From Occultella glacieicola (GTDB lineage Bacteria > Actinomycetota > Actinomycetes > Actinomycetales > Beutenbergiaceae): a stretch of 64,000 nucleotides of DNA. The notes under the pieces were generated by a model. That model was not told where the DNA came from and ran no database searches. It saw only the letters and a program-made list of their open reading frames with translations. Both the position numbers and the translations under genes were made by a program. Where the stretch lies: NCBI RefSeq assembly GCF_004353825.1, contig NZ_SMNA01000007.1, positions 124,001 through 188,000 on the forward strand, written 5' to 3'. Every line of letters starts with the position of its first letter. The stretch's first letter is position 1. Of this stretch, positions 1-10,694 are shown in pieces.

Positions 1-894
1 CACACCCAGTGCGAGACCACCCAGGTGCGCGGGCAGAACAAGGGCGCCGCCCTGTTCGGATACACGAAGCTGTACGGGCAGATCCCCGGCGGGCAGGCCG
101 AGTACCTGCGGGTCCCGCAGGCCCAGTTCGGACCAGTTCGGGTGCCCGACGATGGCGGACCCGACGAGCGTTACCTCTACCTCTCGGACGTGCTGCCGAC
201 CGCCTGGCAGGCCGTGGAGTACGCGGGTGTACCCGAGAACGGCACGGTCCTGGTGCTCGGACTCGGGCCCATCGGGCAGATGAGCGCCCGGATCGCGCTT
301 CACCGCGGCGCGAGCGAGGTGTTCGCAGCCGACCTCGTGCCCGAGCGACTGGCGATGGCAGCCCGGCATGGCGTGCACACCCTGGACCTGAGGGTGATCG
401 ACGACCTCCCCGAGAACATCCGGGCCCTCACCAACGGTCGTGGACCGGATGTGGTGATCGACGCCGTCGGGATGGAGGCCCACGGCTCACCGGCCGCCGC
501 CGGCGTGCACAAGGTGGCCGGCGTGCTCCCCAGTGCCATCGCCCGACCCCTGATGGAGCGGGCCGGGATCGATCGACTGGCCGCGCTTCGCACCGCCATC
601 AGCTCGGTGCGACGCGGTGGAACCCTCTCGCTGTCGGGCGTCTACGGAGGCGCCGCCGACCCGCTGCCGATGATGGAGATGTTCGACAAGCAACTCACGG
701 TCCGGATGGGGCAGGCGAACGTACACCGGTGGATCGAGGACCTGCTGCCACTCGTCGCGGACGACACCGATCCGCTGGGGGTGCTCGACCTGCGGACCCA
801 CCGGCACTCGCTCGAGGAGGCACCGGGCGCCTACCGGACGTTCCAGAAGAAGGAGGACGGCTGTATCAAGGTCGTCCTGGACCCGCAGGTCTGA
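1..894 (+). CDS. Zn-dependent alcohol dehydrogenase (formaldehyde dehydrogenase-like), 5'-partial
   Basis: Open frame from base 1; GGQAEYLRVP, LSDVLPTAWQA, GLGPIG, DAVGMEAHG and GCIKVVL motifs. Confidence 0.85.
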   Translation, partial: HTQCETTQVRGQNKGAALFGYTKLYGQIPGGQAEYLRVPQAQFGPVRVPDDGGPDERYLYLSDVLPTAWQAVEYAGVPENGTVLVLGLGPIGQMSARIALHRGASEVFAADLVPERLAMAARHGVHTLDLRVIDDLPENIRALTNGRGPDVVIDAVGMEAHGSPAAAGVHKVAGVLPSAIARPLMERAGIDRLAALRTAISSVRRGGTLSLSGVYGGAADPLPMMEMFDKQLTVRMGQANVHRWIEDLLPLVADDTDPLGVLDLRTHRHSLEEAPGAYRTFQKKEDGCIKVVLDPQV

Positions 895-897
895 GCC

Positions 898-2397
898 GTG
901 GAGAGCTACTGGGCGTCGCGCAACCCGCAGTCCCCCGAGCCGGACGCTCCGGTCGGTGGCGAGTACGACGTGGCGGTGGTGGGCGCCGGCATCACCGGGC
1001 TGTCCACCGCCGTGATGCTGGCCGATCGGGGCTGCCGCGTCGTGGTGCTCGAGGCCCGTCACGTGGGCGCGGGCACCACGGGCTCATCGACGGCGAAGGT
1101 GTCCGTGCTGCAGGGACGCCGACAGTCCGAGATCGCGGCCAAGCAGTCCGATGAGCTTCTCGCCCACTACGTGGCCGGCGGGCGCGCTGGTCAGGCCTGG
1201 TTGCTGGAGTTCTGCGCACGAGCGGGCGTCGCTGTGCAACGCCCGAGCGCGGTGACCTATGCCGCCGGTCCCGACGACATCGCGACGGTGGAGGAGGAAC
1301 AGCGGGTCTGCGAGCGGGTGGGACTCCCGGTGACCTGGCGGCCGCAGGACGGCGACGCACCGTTCCCGTACTCGGGTGGTGTGGTGCTCGCCGATCAGGC
1401 ACAGCTGGATCCGCTCGAGTTGCTCACCGCGCTCGCCGCCGACGCGGTCGCACGTGGCATCACCGTGTACACCGGCGCGCGCGTCACCGAGGTCGACGAC
1501 GGTCCGGAACACCTGGTGAGCACGAGCCGCGGTTCCGTGCGGGCGGACCGCGTGGTCCTGGCCACGGGGACCCCGATCGCCGACCGGGGCGGCTTCTTCG
1601 CACGGCTCGCGCCGCAGCGCTCCTACGCCATCGCGCTCCGCCTGGCCGGGCTGCCGGAGTCGGACATGTATCTGTCCGTGGGGACGCCGGCGAGGTCCAT
1701 CCGCACCACCCCGCGGGGAGATGACCGAACCCTCCTGATCGGCGGCAACTCGCACCCGGTCGGCGGCGGCGGATCCGAGCTCGACGCGATCGAGGAGCTG
1801 ACCGCGTGGGCGCAGCAGCACTACCCCGGCGCCCAGGTGACGCACCGGTGGTCCGCCCAGGACTACCACCCCATCGACGCACTGCCCTACGTCGGGCCGC
1901 TGACGCCGTCGAACGATCGGGTCCTGGTGGCGACCGGCTTCGCGAAGTGGGGCCTGACCACCGGCGCGGCCGCCGCCACGATCATGACCGGGCTGGTCGA
2001 CGGCGGCGCTCCCGACTGGGCAGATGCGTTCGCCAGTTGGAGTGCTCATGAGTTCGCCGGATTCGGCACCGGCGCGAAACAGAACCTCAAGGTCGTCGCC
2101 GACCTTGTCGGAGACCGGCTGACGGCGCTCGAGCGGGTTCCCGACGAGGCGCCGGGGGAGGGCGTCGGCCGCGTGGGCCGGAAGGGGTTGAGTCCGGTCG
2201 CGGTCTCGACCGTTGACGGCATGACCTGCACGGTCTCCGCCGCCTGCACCCACCTGGGCGGGGTGGTGCACTGGAACGACTTCGAACGAAGCTGGGACTG
2301 TCCGCTGCACGGGTCCCGGTTCGCGTCCGACGGGGCGCTGCTCGAGGGACCCGCCACCACGGACCTGCAGGGTGCGGAGCCGGCAGGCACGGACTGA
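898..2397 (+). CDS. FAD-dependent oxidoreductase with C-terminal Rieske domain (YhfW-like)
   Basis: GAGITG FAD motif; Rieske motifs CTHLG and CPLHGS. Confidence 0.88.
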   Translation: MESYWASRNPQSPEPDAPVGGEYDVAVVGAGITGLSTAVMLADRGCRVVVLEARHVGAGTTGSSTAKVSVLQGRRQSEIAAKQSDELLAHYVAGGRAGQAWLLEFCARAGVAVQRPSAVTYAAGPDDIATVEEEQRVCERVGLPVTWRPQDGDAPFPYSGGVVLADQAQLDPLELLTALAADAVARGITVYTGARVTEVDDGPEHLVSTSRGSVRADRVVLATGTPIADRGGFFARLAPQRSYAIALRLAGLPESDMYLSVGTPARSIRTTPRGDDRTLLIGGNSHPVGGGGSELDAIEELTAWAQQHYPGAQVTHRWSAQDYHPIDALPYVGPLTPSNDRVLVATGFAKWGLTTGAAAATIMTGLVDGGAPDWADAFASWSAHEFAGFGTGAKQNLKVVADLVGDRLTALERVPDEAPGEGVGRVGRKGLSPVAVSTVDGMTCTVSAACTHLGGVVHWNDFERSWDCPLHGSRFASDGALLEGPATTDLQGAEPAGTD

Positions 2398-2497
2398 ACG
2401 CCGATTCCGGACGTCGTTGCGAACCGCCACCCCCCCTGGGACCCGAGCGGTGAACCAGCGCGTGCTCGGACGGTCGACCGGTGTCACCCTTGGCCCC

Positions 2498-3571
2498 ATG
2501 GCCCGGCTCAAACGATGGATTCATCGGACCTGGATCCTGCAGCCCCGTATCGCGCTGACCCTACGGGCGGCACTGGCCGCGGGCCTGGCCTGGACGATCG
2601 TGAGCCTCCTACCGCTGGCGGCGGCGGCGCAGTACCCGTACTACGCGCCGTTCGGCGCCGTGATCGCCACGACGTTCACGGTGTCCAGTTCGGTCCGGGA
2701 GTCGGTGCAGGCCGTCGCCGCCATCGCGCTCGGTGGCCTGACGGCCGGCCTCGTCGACATGGTGTTCGGCACCACGACTCTGCTCACGATCGTCCTCGTG
2801 GTCGCTGCCGGCGTGGCCCTGGCCGGGCTGCGACCCCTCGGGTCCATGGGTGGCTGGGTGCCGACGGCAGGGATCTTCACCCTGATCATCGGGCACGGCG
2901 AGACGGCGTTCGCAGGTTCGTACGCGGGTCTGACCCTGCTGGGTGCGTGTGTGGGTGTCGGCGTCAACGCCCTCTTCCCGCCGCTGCCCGTCGGCCCGGC
3001 GTCGCGGTCGATCCGGGCCACCCGGGAGGCCGTCGCCGGCCAGCTCCGGGATCTCGCGGAGGCCCTGGAGACCACCACCTTCCCCTCGATGGCGGACTGG
3101 GAGCACCAGCACCGTGGCATGGATCGGGCCCGGCTCACGATGCGGGAGGCGATCGCACAGGCCCAGGAAGCCCGCCGCGCGAACCGGCGGGCTCGGCGCC
3201 ATTCGGACGACATCGACGCCCTCGTGGTGGAGGCGGACGCGCTCGAGAGGTTGACCTTCGTCGTGGCGGACCTGAGCGATCTCATCCTGCGCGATCACCT
3301 CGCCCCCGGCCCGGAGGGTCGACCCACGCGGCTACCGGCCGACCTGCGCGCCCCGATCGTGCACTCCATCCGGCTGCTTGCGGGGGCGCTGAGCCTCGGG
3401 GACGTCTCAGCGCTGCGTGAGGAGCTGGCCGCGGTCGACGATCAGCTCGCGACCCTGGTGAGCACCGCCTCCGAGCGGTCCGGGGGGCCGGACGACCTCG
3501 TGCTCAACAGCGTGCTCCTGGCGCTGCGCCGCGGTCTGGACACCTTCGCCGCCCAGGTACCGTCGTCCTGA
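2498..3571 (+). CDS. FUSC/aromatic acid exporter family membrane protein
   Basis: N-terminal TM block with YPYYAPFGAV followed by a helical soluble domain; start taken at ATG 2498. Confidence 0.7.
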   Translation: MARLKRWIHRTWILQPRIALTLRAALAAGLAWTIVSLLPLAAAAQYPYYAPFGAVIATTFTVSSSVRESVQAVAAIALGGLTAGLVDMVFGTTTLLTIVLVVAAGVALAGLRPLGSMGGWVPTAGIFTLIIGHGETAFAGSYAGLTLLGACVGVGVNALFPPLPVGPASRSIRATREAVAGQLRDLAEALETTTFPSMADWEHQHRGMDRARLTMREAIAQAQEARRANRRARRHSDDIDALVVEADALERLTFVVADLSDLILRDHLAPGPEGRPTRLPADLRAPIVHSIRLLAGALSLGDVSALREELAAVDDQLATLVSTASERSGGPDDLVLNSVLLALRRGLDTFAAQVPSS

Positions 3572-3605
3572 CGAACTCCGCCGCATCGCGGACCGTCGTG
3601 GGCGC

Positions 3606-3944
3606 TCAGCCGCTCGGCAGACCGGGATCGACCCGCACGTAGCCGTCCCGCAGGACGAGGTGCTGGTCGTCGACCCTGGCCACGTCCGGCCACCGGACCA
3701 GGAACGTGCCCCGGTGCAGCCACCCGAGGAACGCGCCGATCGGCGCGGGGGCGCGCACGCCCGTGCGCTCGTACCCCAACATCGAGGTGTGGGTGCGCGG
3801 GCTGACGAGCAGCCCGTGCAGTCGGGCGCCCGCGAGCGTGGGTCCGGGTGCGCCGTCGAGCACGAACCGGGCGTCGATGACGTAGCCGACATGGGTGCCG
3901 TCGTGATCGCGAACCGACAGGTCGAGAAGGTCACTCAGGAGCAT
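3606..3944 (-). CDS. PRC-barrel-like protein
   Basis: LSDLLDLSVRDHDGTHVGYVID pattern. Confidence 0.65.
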   Translation of the reverse strand: MLLSDLLDLSVRDHDGTHVGYVIDARFVLDGAPGPTLAGARLHGLLVSPRTHTSMLGYERTGVRAPAPIGAFLGWLHRGTFLVRWPDVARVDDQHLVLRDGYVRVDPGLPSG

Positions 3945-4305
3945 GACCGGCCCCCGGGATGCGCCCGATGACGTGATCACGGACCCAGCGCTCGACCCAG
4001 GTCGCGTCCAGGCCGTCCGCGCCGACGGAGAGGTGGATGGTCTGGTCGACCTCGACCACGTCCCGCCACGGCACCTTGTGCATGAGGCTGCGCGGGGGCC
4101 GGCCACCGGCGAGCCGGGCGAGGAACACCCCACCGAAGAGCATCGCCCCGATCGTCACGGTTCCGTCCTCGGCGACCTCCAGATCGAGGTCGGCGAGGGT
4201 GGCCACCGGAACGTCGTCGGGATCGAGGACCTGGCGGTCGAGCAGATGCAGACGGGCATCGAGCACCTTGCCGGCGGCGGGCTCGTCCGGCTCCAGCGCG
4301 TTCAT
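3931..4305 (-). CDS. PRC-barrel-like protein
   Basis: LHLLDRQVLDPDDVPVATLADL pattern; overlaps both neighbours. Confidence 0.65.
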   Translation of the reverse strand: MNALEPDEPAAGKVLDARLHLLDRQVLDPDDVPVATLADLDLEVAEDGTVTIGAMLFGGVFLARLAGGRPPRSLMHKVPWRDVVEVDQTIHLSVGADGLDATWVERWVRDHVIGRIPGAGHAPE

Positions 4306-5528
4306 GCCCCGGCCCCGGTGATGACCATCAACGGGATCGCCGCCAGTGCGGCGATCAGGATGATGCCGAGATAGAGGCTTCCGACGGCGTTCATCACCCG
4401 CGAGTTCACATGTTCTCCCATGTATTGCGGATCGTTGGCCACGATGAGGATCGGCAGATACGTCAGCGGGAGCGCGACGGCGGAGAACACCACCGAGTAC
4501 TCCGTCACCAGGACGGGGTCCACTCCCGTCATCAGCACGCCGACCGCCACGACCAGGCAGATGATCATGGTCAGGTGGAACCTTGCCGCCGCGCGCGGCT
4601 TACGGAACTTCCCCCACGACCAGCCGAAGAACTGGGCGATCGTGTAACCGCTCGAGAGGGCCGTCTCCAGGGCGGCGCCGAAGGTCGCCGCCACGATGCC
4701 GACGATCACGAATGCGAGCAGGAGCTTGCCCCCGCCGATCGCCACCGGCAGGACCACCTGGCTGAGGGTCTCCACCTGGATCGCCTGGGGCAGGAGCACG
4801 ATCGCCGCGCAGGCGGCGATGGCAACCGACAACAGTCCACCCAGTGGGAAGCCGACGAGCACGTTGATCCGGGACTGGGAGAGGTCCTTGACGGTCCATC
4901 CCTCCTCCACCGCGCCCGAGGAGAAGAAGAACACCTCGTACGGGGTCATGGCGGCGCCGAAGAGTGCGATGGCGTAGTACCAGTACACGGTGGTGGACTC
5001 CTCGGGCAGCCCTTGGCCCATCACCTGGGCGGCGAGTTCCGACCAGTCCGGACCGAGCAGGAAGACCGCCACCGCGAACGCGATCAGGCACAAGCCCAAC
5101 AGGCCGGTCACGTTCTCCATGATCTTGAACCGGACCCGCCAGATCACCAGCCAGACCGCGAACGCCGCCACCGGGATCCACAGGCGGGGCTCGACACTGC
5201 TTGCCAGCTGCAGCGCGAGCGCGATGCCACCGACCTCGGCGGTCAGGGTGAGCAGATTGATCAGGAACGACGCACCGAGGTTCGCTGCAGCGGCTCGCGG
5301 ACCGAGGCGCTCCCGGATGATCTCGAAGGTCGCACGGCCGCTCACGGCAGCCACCCGGCCGGACATGCTGGCGAACACGCAGATGCCGACGACGCCGACC
5401 GCGACCACCCACGCCAGGCTGAGTCCGAACCGGGACCCGACGACCGCGTTGGTGACCAGGTCGCCGATGTCGAGGAATCCGCCGATGGCGGTCAGGATCC
5501 CCAGGGCGACGCCGAGAAGCCGCTTCAT
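4302..5528 (-). CDS. NRAMP-family divalent metal transporter
   Basis: GGFLDIGDL, GAAMTPYE and about 11 hydrophobic segments. Confidence 0.85.
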   Translation of the reverse strand: MKRLLGVALGILTAIGGFLDIGDLVTNAVVGSRFGLSLAWVVAVGVVGICVFASMSGRVAAVSGRATFEIIRERLGPRAAAANLGASFLINLLTLTAEVGGIALALQLASSVEPRLWIPVAAFAVWLVIWRVRFKIMENVTGLLGLCLIAFAVAVFLLGPDWSELAAQVMGQGLPEESTTVYWYYAIALFGAAMTPYEVFFFSSGAVEEGWTVKDLSQSRINVLVGFPLGGLLSVAIAACAAIVLLPQAIQVETLSQVVLPVAIGGGKLLLAFVIVGIVAATFGAALETALSSGYTIAQFFGWSWGKFRKPRAAARFHLTMIICLVVAVGVLMTGVDPVLVTEYSVVFSAVALPLTYLPILIVANDPQYMGEHVNSRVMNAVGSLYLGIILIAALAAIPLMVITGAGA

Positions 5529-5995
5529 CCCTGCGGCTCCCACTCGTCCGCGAACGCCGAGAGATCCGCTGCGCTGTCACTGAGCGCGGACACGAGTGCG
5601 ACCGGATCCGAACCGGTCGTCAGCCCGACCCAGGCGCGAGCATCCACGAGGGCGTCGGTGCCTGCCCGGATCAGGACCAGTGCCTGTCGCCGCGGCTGAG
5701 CGTCCTCCGGATCCTCGACCACCCGGGTCGCCGCGGCCACCTCGGCGTCCTGGCTCGCGTCGATCATCTCGGACAGGACGGTGTCGGCCACGGCCGCGGT
5801 GACCGCACCGTCGAGGTAGGCGTCCAGCGCCAGCCTGCCGGTCGAAGCCGCCGACGCCGCCGCCTCAGCGGCCCGGGAGAGGTCGCCGGTGGTGCCGCCC
5901 TCCTCGGTTGCGCAGCCGGCCTGTACGGTCACGACGGCCAGCACCGCAACCATCGCGAACGCCCGTCGTAGTGCGGGAGACAGGCTGATGACCAC
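5525..5995 (-). CDS. Putative lipoprotein
   Basis: Signal peptide with QAGC lipobox-like motif; overlaps the NRAMP start. Confidence 0.6.
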   Translation of the reverse strand: MVISLSPALRRAFAMVAVLAVVTVQAGCATEEGGTTGDLSRAAEAAASAASTGRLALDAYLDGAVTAAVADTVLSEMIDASQDAEVAAATRVVEDPEDAQPRRQALVLIRAGTDALVDARAWVGLTTGSDPVALVSALSDSAADLSAFADEWEPQG

Positions 5996-6120
5996 CTTTG
6001 GTTTCTACGCCCGAACGCCGGCGCGCGCATCTCAGCGGCGACATCGGCTCCGGCTCGACACGACGAGCTGCGCCCGCCTCCGCAGGTGCGGTCCGCCGTC
6101 GGCGCACCTACGTTGACGAT

Positions 6121-6945
6121 ATGAGGGAACTGCAACAGATCATCGTCGCCGAGATGGGTGTCCGGCCCCAGATCGATGTCGAAGCGGAGGCTGAGGCGCG
6201 CGTGGGATTTCTCTGCGACTATCTGGCGGCCACCGGCGCTCGCGGCTACGCACTCGGGATCTCCGGGGGCCTGGACTCCACGCTCGCCGGTCGGCTCGCC
6301 CAGCTCGCTGCCGAACGTCGGCGTGCGGACGGCGCGGACGCGGCCTTTCTGGCGATCCGCCTTCCCTACCGGGTGCAGTTCGACGAGGACGACGCCCAAG
6401 CCGCGCTGGACTTCATCGCCCCGGACGAGATCGTCACCTACAACGTGGCGCCGGCCGTGGACGCATTCGAGGCCGAGTTCCTCACCGCGACGGGTCTGCC
6501 GGTCTCGGATTTCACCAAGGGCAACTCCAAGGCTCGCCTGAGGATGGTCGCGCAGTACGCTCTCGCGGCGGAGCGCGGGCTCCTCGTGATCGGCACTGAT
6601 CACGGCTCGGAGTCGGTGACCGGCTTCTTCACCAAGTTCGGCGACGGTGCCGCCGACGTGCTCCCCCTGTTCGGTCTGGACAAGGGGCAGAACCGCAGGC
6701 TCCTGCAGCAACTGGGTGGCCCCGAGCGGCTCTGGGCCAAGCAACCCACCGCCGATCTTCTCGATGGCATTCCCGGCCAGCCCGACGAGGCCGAGCTCGG
6801 TGTCGCGTACGCCGACATCGATGCCTATGTGGAGGGGAGGGACGTGGCGGCGGACGTCGCCGAGCGGATCGAGGCAGCCTGGCTGCGGACCCGACACAAA
6901 CGGACCACTCCCGTCACCCCAGCCGACACCTGGTGGCGTCCTTGA
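6121..6945 (+). CDS. nadE: NH3-dependent NAD+ synthetase
   Basis: [36 protein letters not shown] and HKR motifs. Confidence 0.95.
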   Translation: MRELQQIIVAEMGVRPQIDVEAEAEARVGFLCDYLAATGARGYALGISGGLDSTLAGRLAQLAAERRRADGADAAFLAIRLPYRVQFDEDDAQAALDFIAPDEIVTYNVAPAVDAFEAEFLTATGLPVSDFTKGNSKARLRMVAQYALAAERGLLVIGTDHGSESVTGFFTKFGDGAADVLPLFGLDKGQNRRLLQQLGGPERLWAKQPTADLLDGIPGQPDEAELGVAYADIDAYVEGRDVAADVAERIEAAWLRTRHKRTTPVTPADTWWRP

Positions 6946-7526
6946 GCGACCAACAGGCTCCCGTCGGCGGCGGCGTCGTGGCGCTGCTGCTCATCGATCT
7001 GCAGAACGCGTACTTCGAGGATCCACAGTTGGCCGAGGCACTCCCGAGCCTTATCGACCACGCGAACCAACTCATCGAAGCCGCGCGCAGCGCGGACCGG
7101 CCGGTGATCCTCGTCCGAACCGTGCACGCCCGGGACGGATCCACCTGGACACTGAACATGCGCGAGGACGGCGAGGGCTTCGCGTACCCGGGCAGCCACC
7201 AGGCGGCGTACGTCGACGGACTCGACGTCGGCGACGCCCTCGACGTGATCAAGACCCGCGACAACGCGTTCCATCGCACCGAGTTGCGCGACGTGCTGGC
7301 CGGCCTGGGGGTGGGGCGGCTGCTGATCGGCGGGGTGTCCACGCACAGTTGCGTGGTGCAGACGGCGATGGCGGCGTTCGCTGAGGATCTCGAGGTCGCG
7401 ATCGCCGCCGGATCGATCGCCTCGGAGAACGAGGAACTCGCCGATGCGGCGTTGACCTTCCTCTCCGAGGAGATGCGTCAGCCCGTGCTCGACCAGCGCG
7501 CCGCCCTGGCGTTCCTGCGCGGCTAG
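6933..7526 (+). CDS. Isochorismatase/cysteine hydrolase family protein
   Basis: [15 protein letters not shown] and GVSTHSCV motifs. Confidence 0.85.
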   Translation: MASLSDQQAPVGGGVVALLLIDLQNAYFEDPQLAEALPSLIDHANQLIEAARSADRPVILVRTVHARDGSTWTLNMREDGEGFAYPGSHQAAYVDGLDVGDALDVIKTRDNAFHRTELRDVLAGLGVGRLLIGGVSTHSCVVQTAMAAFAEDLEVAIAAGSIASENEELADAALTFLSEEMRQPVLDQRAALAFLRG

Positions 7527-7539
7527 GCGCGCGGGCCGG

Positions 7540-8589
7540 CTAGGTCTGTTCGTCGGTGTCTGCCTCGCGACCACGTGATCTGCGGAGGGCACGGCCGCGC
7601 GCGACGGCGTCCTTCTCCTTGGCGGCCCGCTTGTCGCTGGCGCGGGTATCGCGCGGGGGAAGTTGGACGGTCTCCTCGGCCTCGATGCCGGCCTGGAGTT
7701 CGCGTCCACGTTCCATCTCGGCGTCGAACTCCGCGCCGAACAGGAGTGCCAGATTCATCACCCAGAGCCACAGCAGGAAGATGATCACACCGGCCAGTGC
7801 CCCGTAGGTGGCGTCATAGCTGCTGAAGTTCGACACGTACAGGCCGAGGCCGAACGAGGCGATCCCGGCGAGCACGATCGCGATCACGGCCCCCATGCTG
7901 ATCCACCGGAACCTGGGCTGCTTGACGTTCGGTGTCACGTAGTAGAGCAACGCGATCGCGAGGATCACGATGAGCAGCAGGACCGGCCACTTGGCGATGT
8001 CCCAGACGGTCACGGCCGTGTCACCGAGCCCGATGGTGTCACCGATGGCCCGCGCGACCGGTCCGCTGACCACCAGGATCAGGCCGGCCGCGGCCACGAG
8101 CAGCAGCATCACCACCGTGAGCGCGTACATCGCTGGACGCAGTTTCCAGATCGGCCGGCCCTCGGGCACCTCGTACATACGGTTCATCGCGCGCGAGAAC
8201 GCGTTCACGTAGTTCGACGCCGTCCACACCGCGGTGAGGAGGCCGACGATCAGGCCAAGACCCGGCGCCGGCGCGGTGGTGAGGCTCTCGATGATGGGGC
8301 CGAGGGTCGCCATCGCGTCCTCCGGTACCGCGTCGGAGGCGATCCCGAGGAGACGTTCGGTGGTGGACGCCTGTCCGACCAGGCTGAGGATCGACACGAG
8401 CGCGATGATCGCGGGGAAGATCGAGAGAACCGCGTAGTAGGTGAGTGCGGCGGCGAGGTCGGTGCACTGGTCGTCGAGGAACTCGGCGACCGTGCGGCGC
8501 AGGATGTAGAACCAGGACGGTTTGCGCAAGTCGGTGGGATTGTCGGGCTTGACCGGATGGTCGGCCGACGGGCGGGTGGTCTTGGGCAT
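7540..8589 (-). CDS. YihY/virulence factor BrkB family membrane protein
   Basis: AAALTYYAVLSIFP, YGALAGVIIFLLWLW and LLFGAEF motifs. Confidence 0.9.
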   Translation of the reverse strand: MPKTTRPSADHPVKPDNPTDLRKPSWFYILRRTVAEFLDDQCTDLAAALTYYAVLSIFPAIIALVSILSLVGQASTTERLLGIASDAVPEDAMATLGPIIESLTTAPAPGLGLIVGLLTAVWTASNYVNAFSRAMNRMYEVPEGRPIWKLRPAMYALTVVMLLLVAAAGLILVVSGPVARAIGDTIGLGDTAVTVWDIAKWPVLLLIVILAIALLYYVTPNVKQPRFRWISMGAVIAIVLAGIASFGLGLYVSNFSSYDATYGALAGVIIFLLWLWVMNLALLFGAEFDAEMERGRELQAGIEAEETVQLPPRDTRASDKRAAKEKDAVARGRALRRSRGREADTDEQT

Positions 8590-8652
8590 CGGAAACCTCA
8601 CGGCGTGGACGGTTCCCCGTGGACCGGTGAACCGGCCCACGGGGAGCGACGA

Positions 8653-9300
8653 TCAGGGATCCTGCAGGCGGTCGCGGGACTCCTCGGCCTCTCCGCGGAT
8701 GTCCTGGGCGGCCTGTCGGCTGGAGTCGCGGACCTCCTCGGCGCCGGAGACGGCGGTCTCCTTGACGTCCTGGACACCCTCGGTGGCGGTCTCCTTGACC
8801 GCTTGAGCGGCATCCTGAGCAGGCTGCTTCAGGTCCGCGCCCACCTCCTGCGCGATCGACTTCGCCTCGTCCGCTGCTCGATGCACAAGGTCGGACTCCT
8901 TGGCCTGGCTGACCAGCTCTTGTTCCTTACGACTGGACGGGATGAGCGATGCGACCAGCAGGCCGGCACCGAACGCGATGAATCCGGCGGCCCAGGGGTT
9001 TCCCGTCGCCTTCTCCTTGACCAGGTGGGGTGCATCGCTGATCCGGTCGGCGGCGGAGTGGGCGGCACCGGAGACGGCGTCGGCGGCGTTCTCGGCGGAA
9101 TCCGAGCCGAACGAGCGTGCCTCGTCGGCCGCGCCGAAGACCTTCTCCCTGACGCTGCCGACCGCGTTCCTCACCTTCTCGGTCTGGCGTTCGGCGATAC
9201 GACCCGGGTGGACCCGGTCGGTGAGGGCATCGACGTCACTGCTCAGATCGGCGCGGGTCCGTTCGATGTCGGAGCGGATACGGTCGGGGTCGGTACTCAT
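8653..9300 (-). CDS. DUF3618 domain protein
   Basis: DPDRIRSDIERTRADLSSDVDAL; GNPWAAG TM segment. Confidence 0.8.
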   Translation of the reverse strand: MSTDPDRIRSDIERTRADLSSDVDALTDRVHPGRIAERQTEKVRNAVGSVREKVFGAADEARSFGSDSAENAADAVSGAAHSAADRISDAPHLVKEKATGNPWAAGFIAFGAGLLVASLIPSSRKEQELVSQAKESDLVHRAADEAKSIAQEVGADLKQPAQDAAQAVKETATEGVQDVKETAVSGAEEVRDSSRQAAQDIRGEAEESRDRLQDP

Positions 9301-9722
9301 GATTGCTGTCCTTTCAGGGCGTCGGGGATCCTCTTCACGGTGTCTGCGGTCTGCGGGATCCCCTCCACGGACTCGAGTGACTTCCTGCCCAGTAGCGCCA
9401 GGACGGCAGCGACCACGGCCCAGATGCCGGCGACGATCAGGGCGGACCAGCCGAGGGCAGGGACGTCATCGCCGTCGCCGATCATGGCCCCGATCGCCCA
9501 CCACAACGCCAGGGACAGGAACAGGAGCAGGAAGTTCGACGCCCAGGCGGCGCCGCCCAGCATGCCCGCACCCTTCCCGGCCCGCTTCGCCGACTCCTGT
9601 ACCTCGGCCTTGGCGAGGGCGACCTCCTGACGGATGAGCGTCGACAGGTCCTTGCTCACCTCGCCGAAGAGCTCACCGACGGACCGTTCGTCGCGAGGGT
9701 CCGGTGAGTGCGAGGCGGTCAC
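9297..9722 (-). CDS. Actinobacterial holin-X-like membrane protein (host gene, not prophage)
   Basis: SVGELFGEVSKDLSTLIRQEVALAKAE plus two TM segments. Confidence 0.8.
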   Translation of the reverse strand: MTASHSPDPRDERSVGELFGEVSKDLSTLIRQEVALAKAEVQESAKRAGKGAGMLGGAAWASNFLLLFLSLALWWAIGAMIGDGDDVPALGWSALIVAGIWAVVAAVLALLGRKSLESVEGIPQTADTVKRIPDALKGQQS

Positions 9723-10531
9723 GCCTGGCCACCCGGGCGAGTACTGAGCGGGTCAACGGTCGATCCACCCACGGGCGCCCAGTCCGGGGCGCCCGGTGAG
9801 CCCGCACGCGTCGACGGCGTCTGCGTGACTGAGGGCGCCGCGCCGACACCCTCGATGTTCGGTGCCTGCCGACGCATGGGTGCCGCCACGGGTCGGCGGG
9901 TGGCGTCAGTGGTGTCGTTCGGCTCTGCGTCGCCCCCGGCCTCCTTGGCACCGCGAGCCACCCGACCGGCGAGGAGACCGAGGCCGGCGGCGATCGCCAT
10001 GAACGTGCCCGGGTGCCGGCGCGCGTACCGGGAGACCTCATCCAGGGCTTGCGCAGGGTCGCGCTGTTGCAGCCAGTCACCGGCTCGCTCGAGGTAGTCG
10101 GCCACCTGTCGCGTCATGGCGCCGGCCAGCCCCTGCCCTTGGTCGCTGTCCGCCATCGACGAGAGGTCGGAGGAGAACGAGCGCAGCCCCTCGGAGAGCC
10201 GTTGCTGCTGGCCGCCGGCCTGGTCAATGACTTCCCGGCGAGCCTGCTCGAACAGGCTGCGGGCCTGGTAGCGAGCCTCGGACGCGGTGTCCCTGGCCTG
10301 TTCCTTCACCGCCCTGGCCACGTCCTGCACCTGGTCGGTCGCCACATCCTTCACAACCCGCGCGCGGTCGGAGACCTCGGAGGCCACGTGGGCGGCCTCG
10401 TCCTTCGCATTCACCCGATCGTCGGCTGGTGAGCCGGGTTCCCGGACTGGCTGCGCAGCGGGCGGGTAGCTCGGTGGTAGGCCACCCGACGCCTCCACGC
10501 TCGGTTCGAAGGGTCGATTCTGATCTGTCAC
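9719..10531 (-). CDS. Hypothetical helical protein of the DUF3618/holin-X operon
   Basis: GTG 10531 with GGGAG RBS; ARRHPGTFMAIAAGLG motif. Confidence 0.7.
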   Translation of the reverse strand: MTDQNRPFEPSVEASGGLPPSYPPAAQPVREPGSPADDRVNAKDEAAHVASEVSDRARVVKDVATDQVQDVARAVKEQARDTASEARYQARSLFEQARREVIDQAGGQQQRLSEGLRSFSSDLSSMADSDQGQGLAGAMTRQVADYLERAGDWLQQRDPAQALDEVSRYARRHPGTFMAIAAGLGLLAGRVARGAKEAGGDAEPNDTTDATRRPVAAPMRRQAPNIEGVGAAPSVTQTPSTRAGSPGAPDWAPVGGSTVDPLSTRPGGQA

Positions 10532-10694
10532 GGTCGTTCTCCCGGTCTTGGCTCTGCACCTGTGGCGAGCGGGGTCCGGGCGCGCCGTCTGTCGAGTCCG
10601 CCGCTGGCGGTCCCGCGACCTTGAGCGATCAAGGCTCGCGGGCACAGCATGACGCGCGAACGACGTCAGCGCATCCGCAGGAAGCGCCTCGACC

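Noticed and set aside
9297..9722. Holin-family gene as evidence of a second prophage
   Set aside because: Lies in the common actinobacterial DUF3618/YihY host operon with no phage genes nearby
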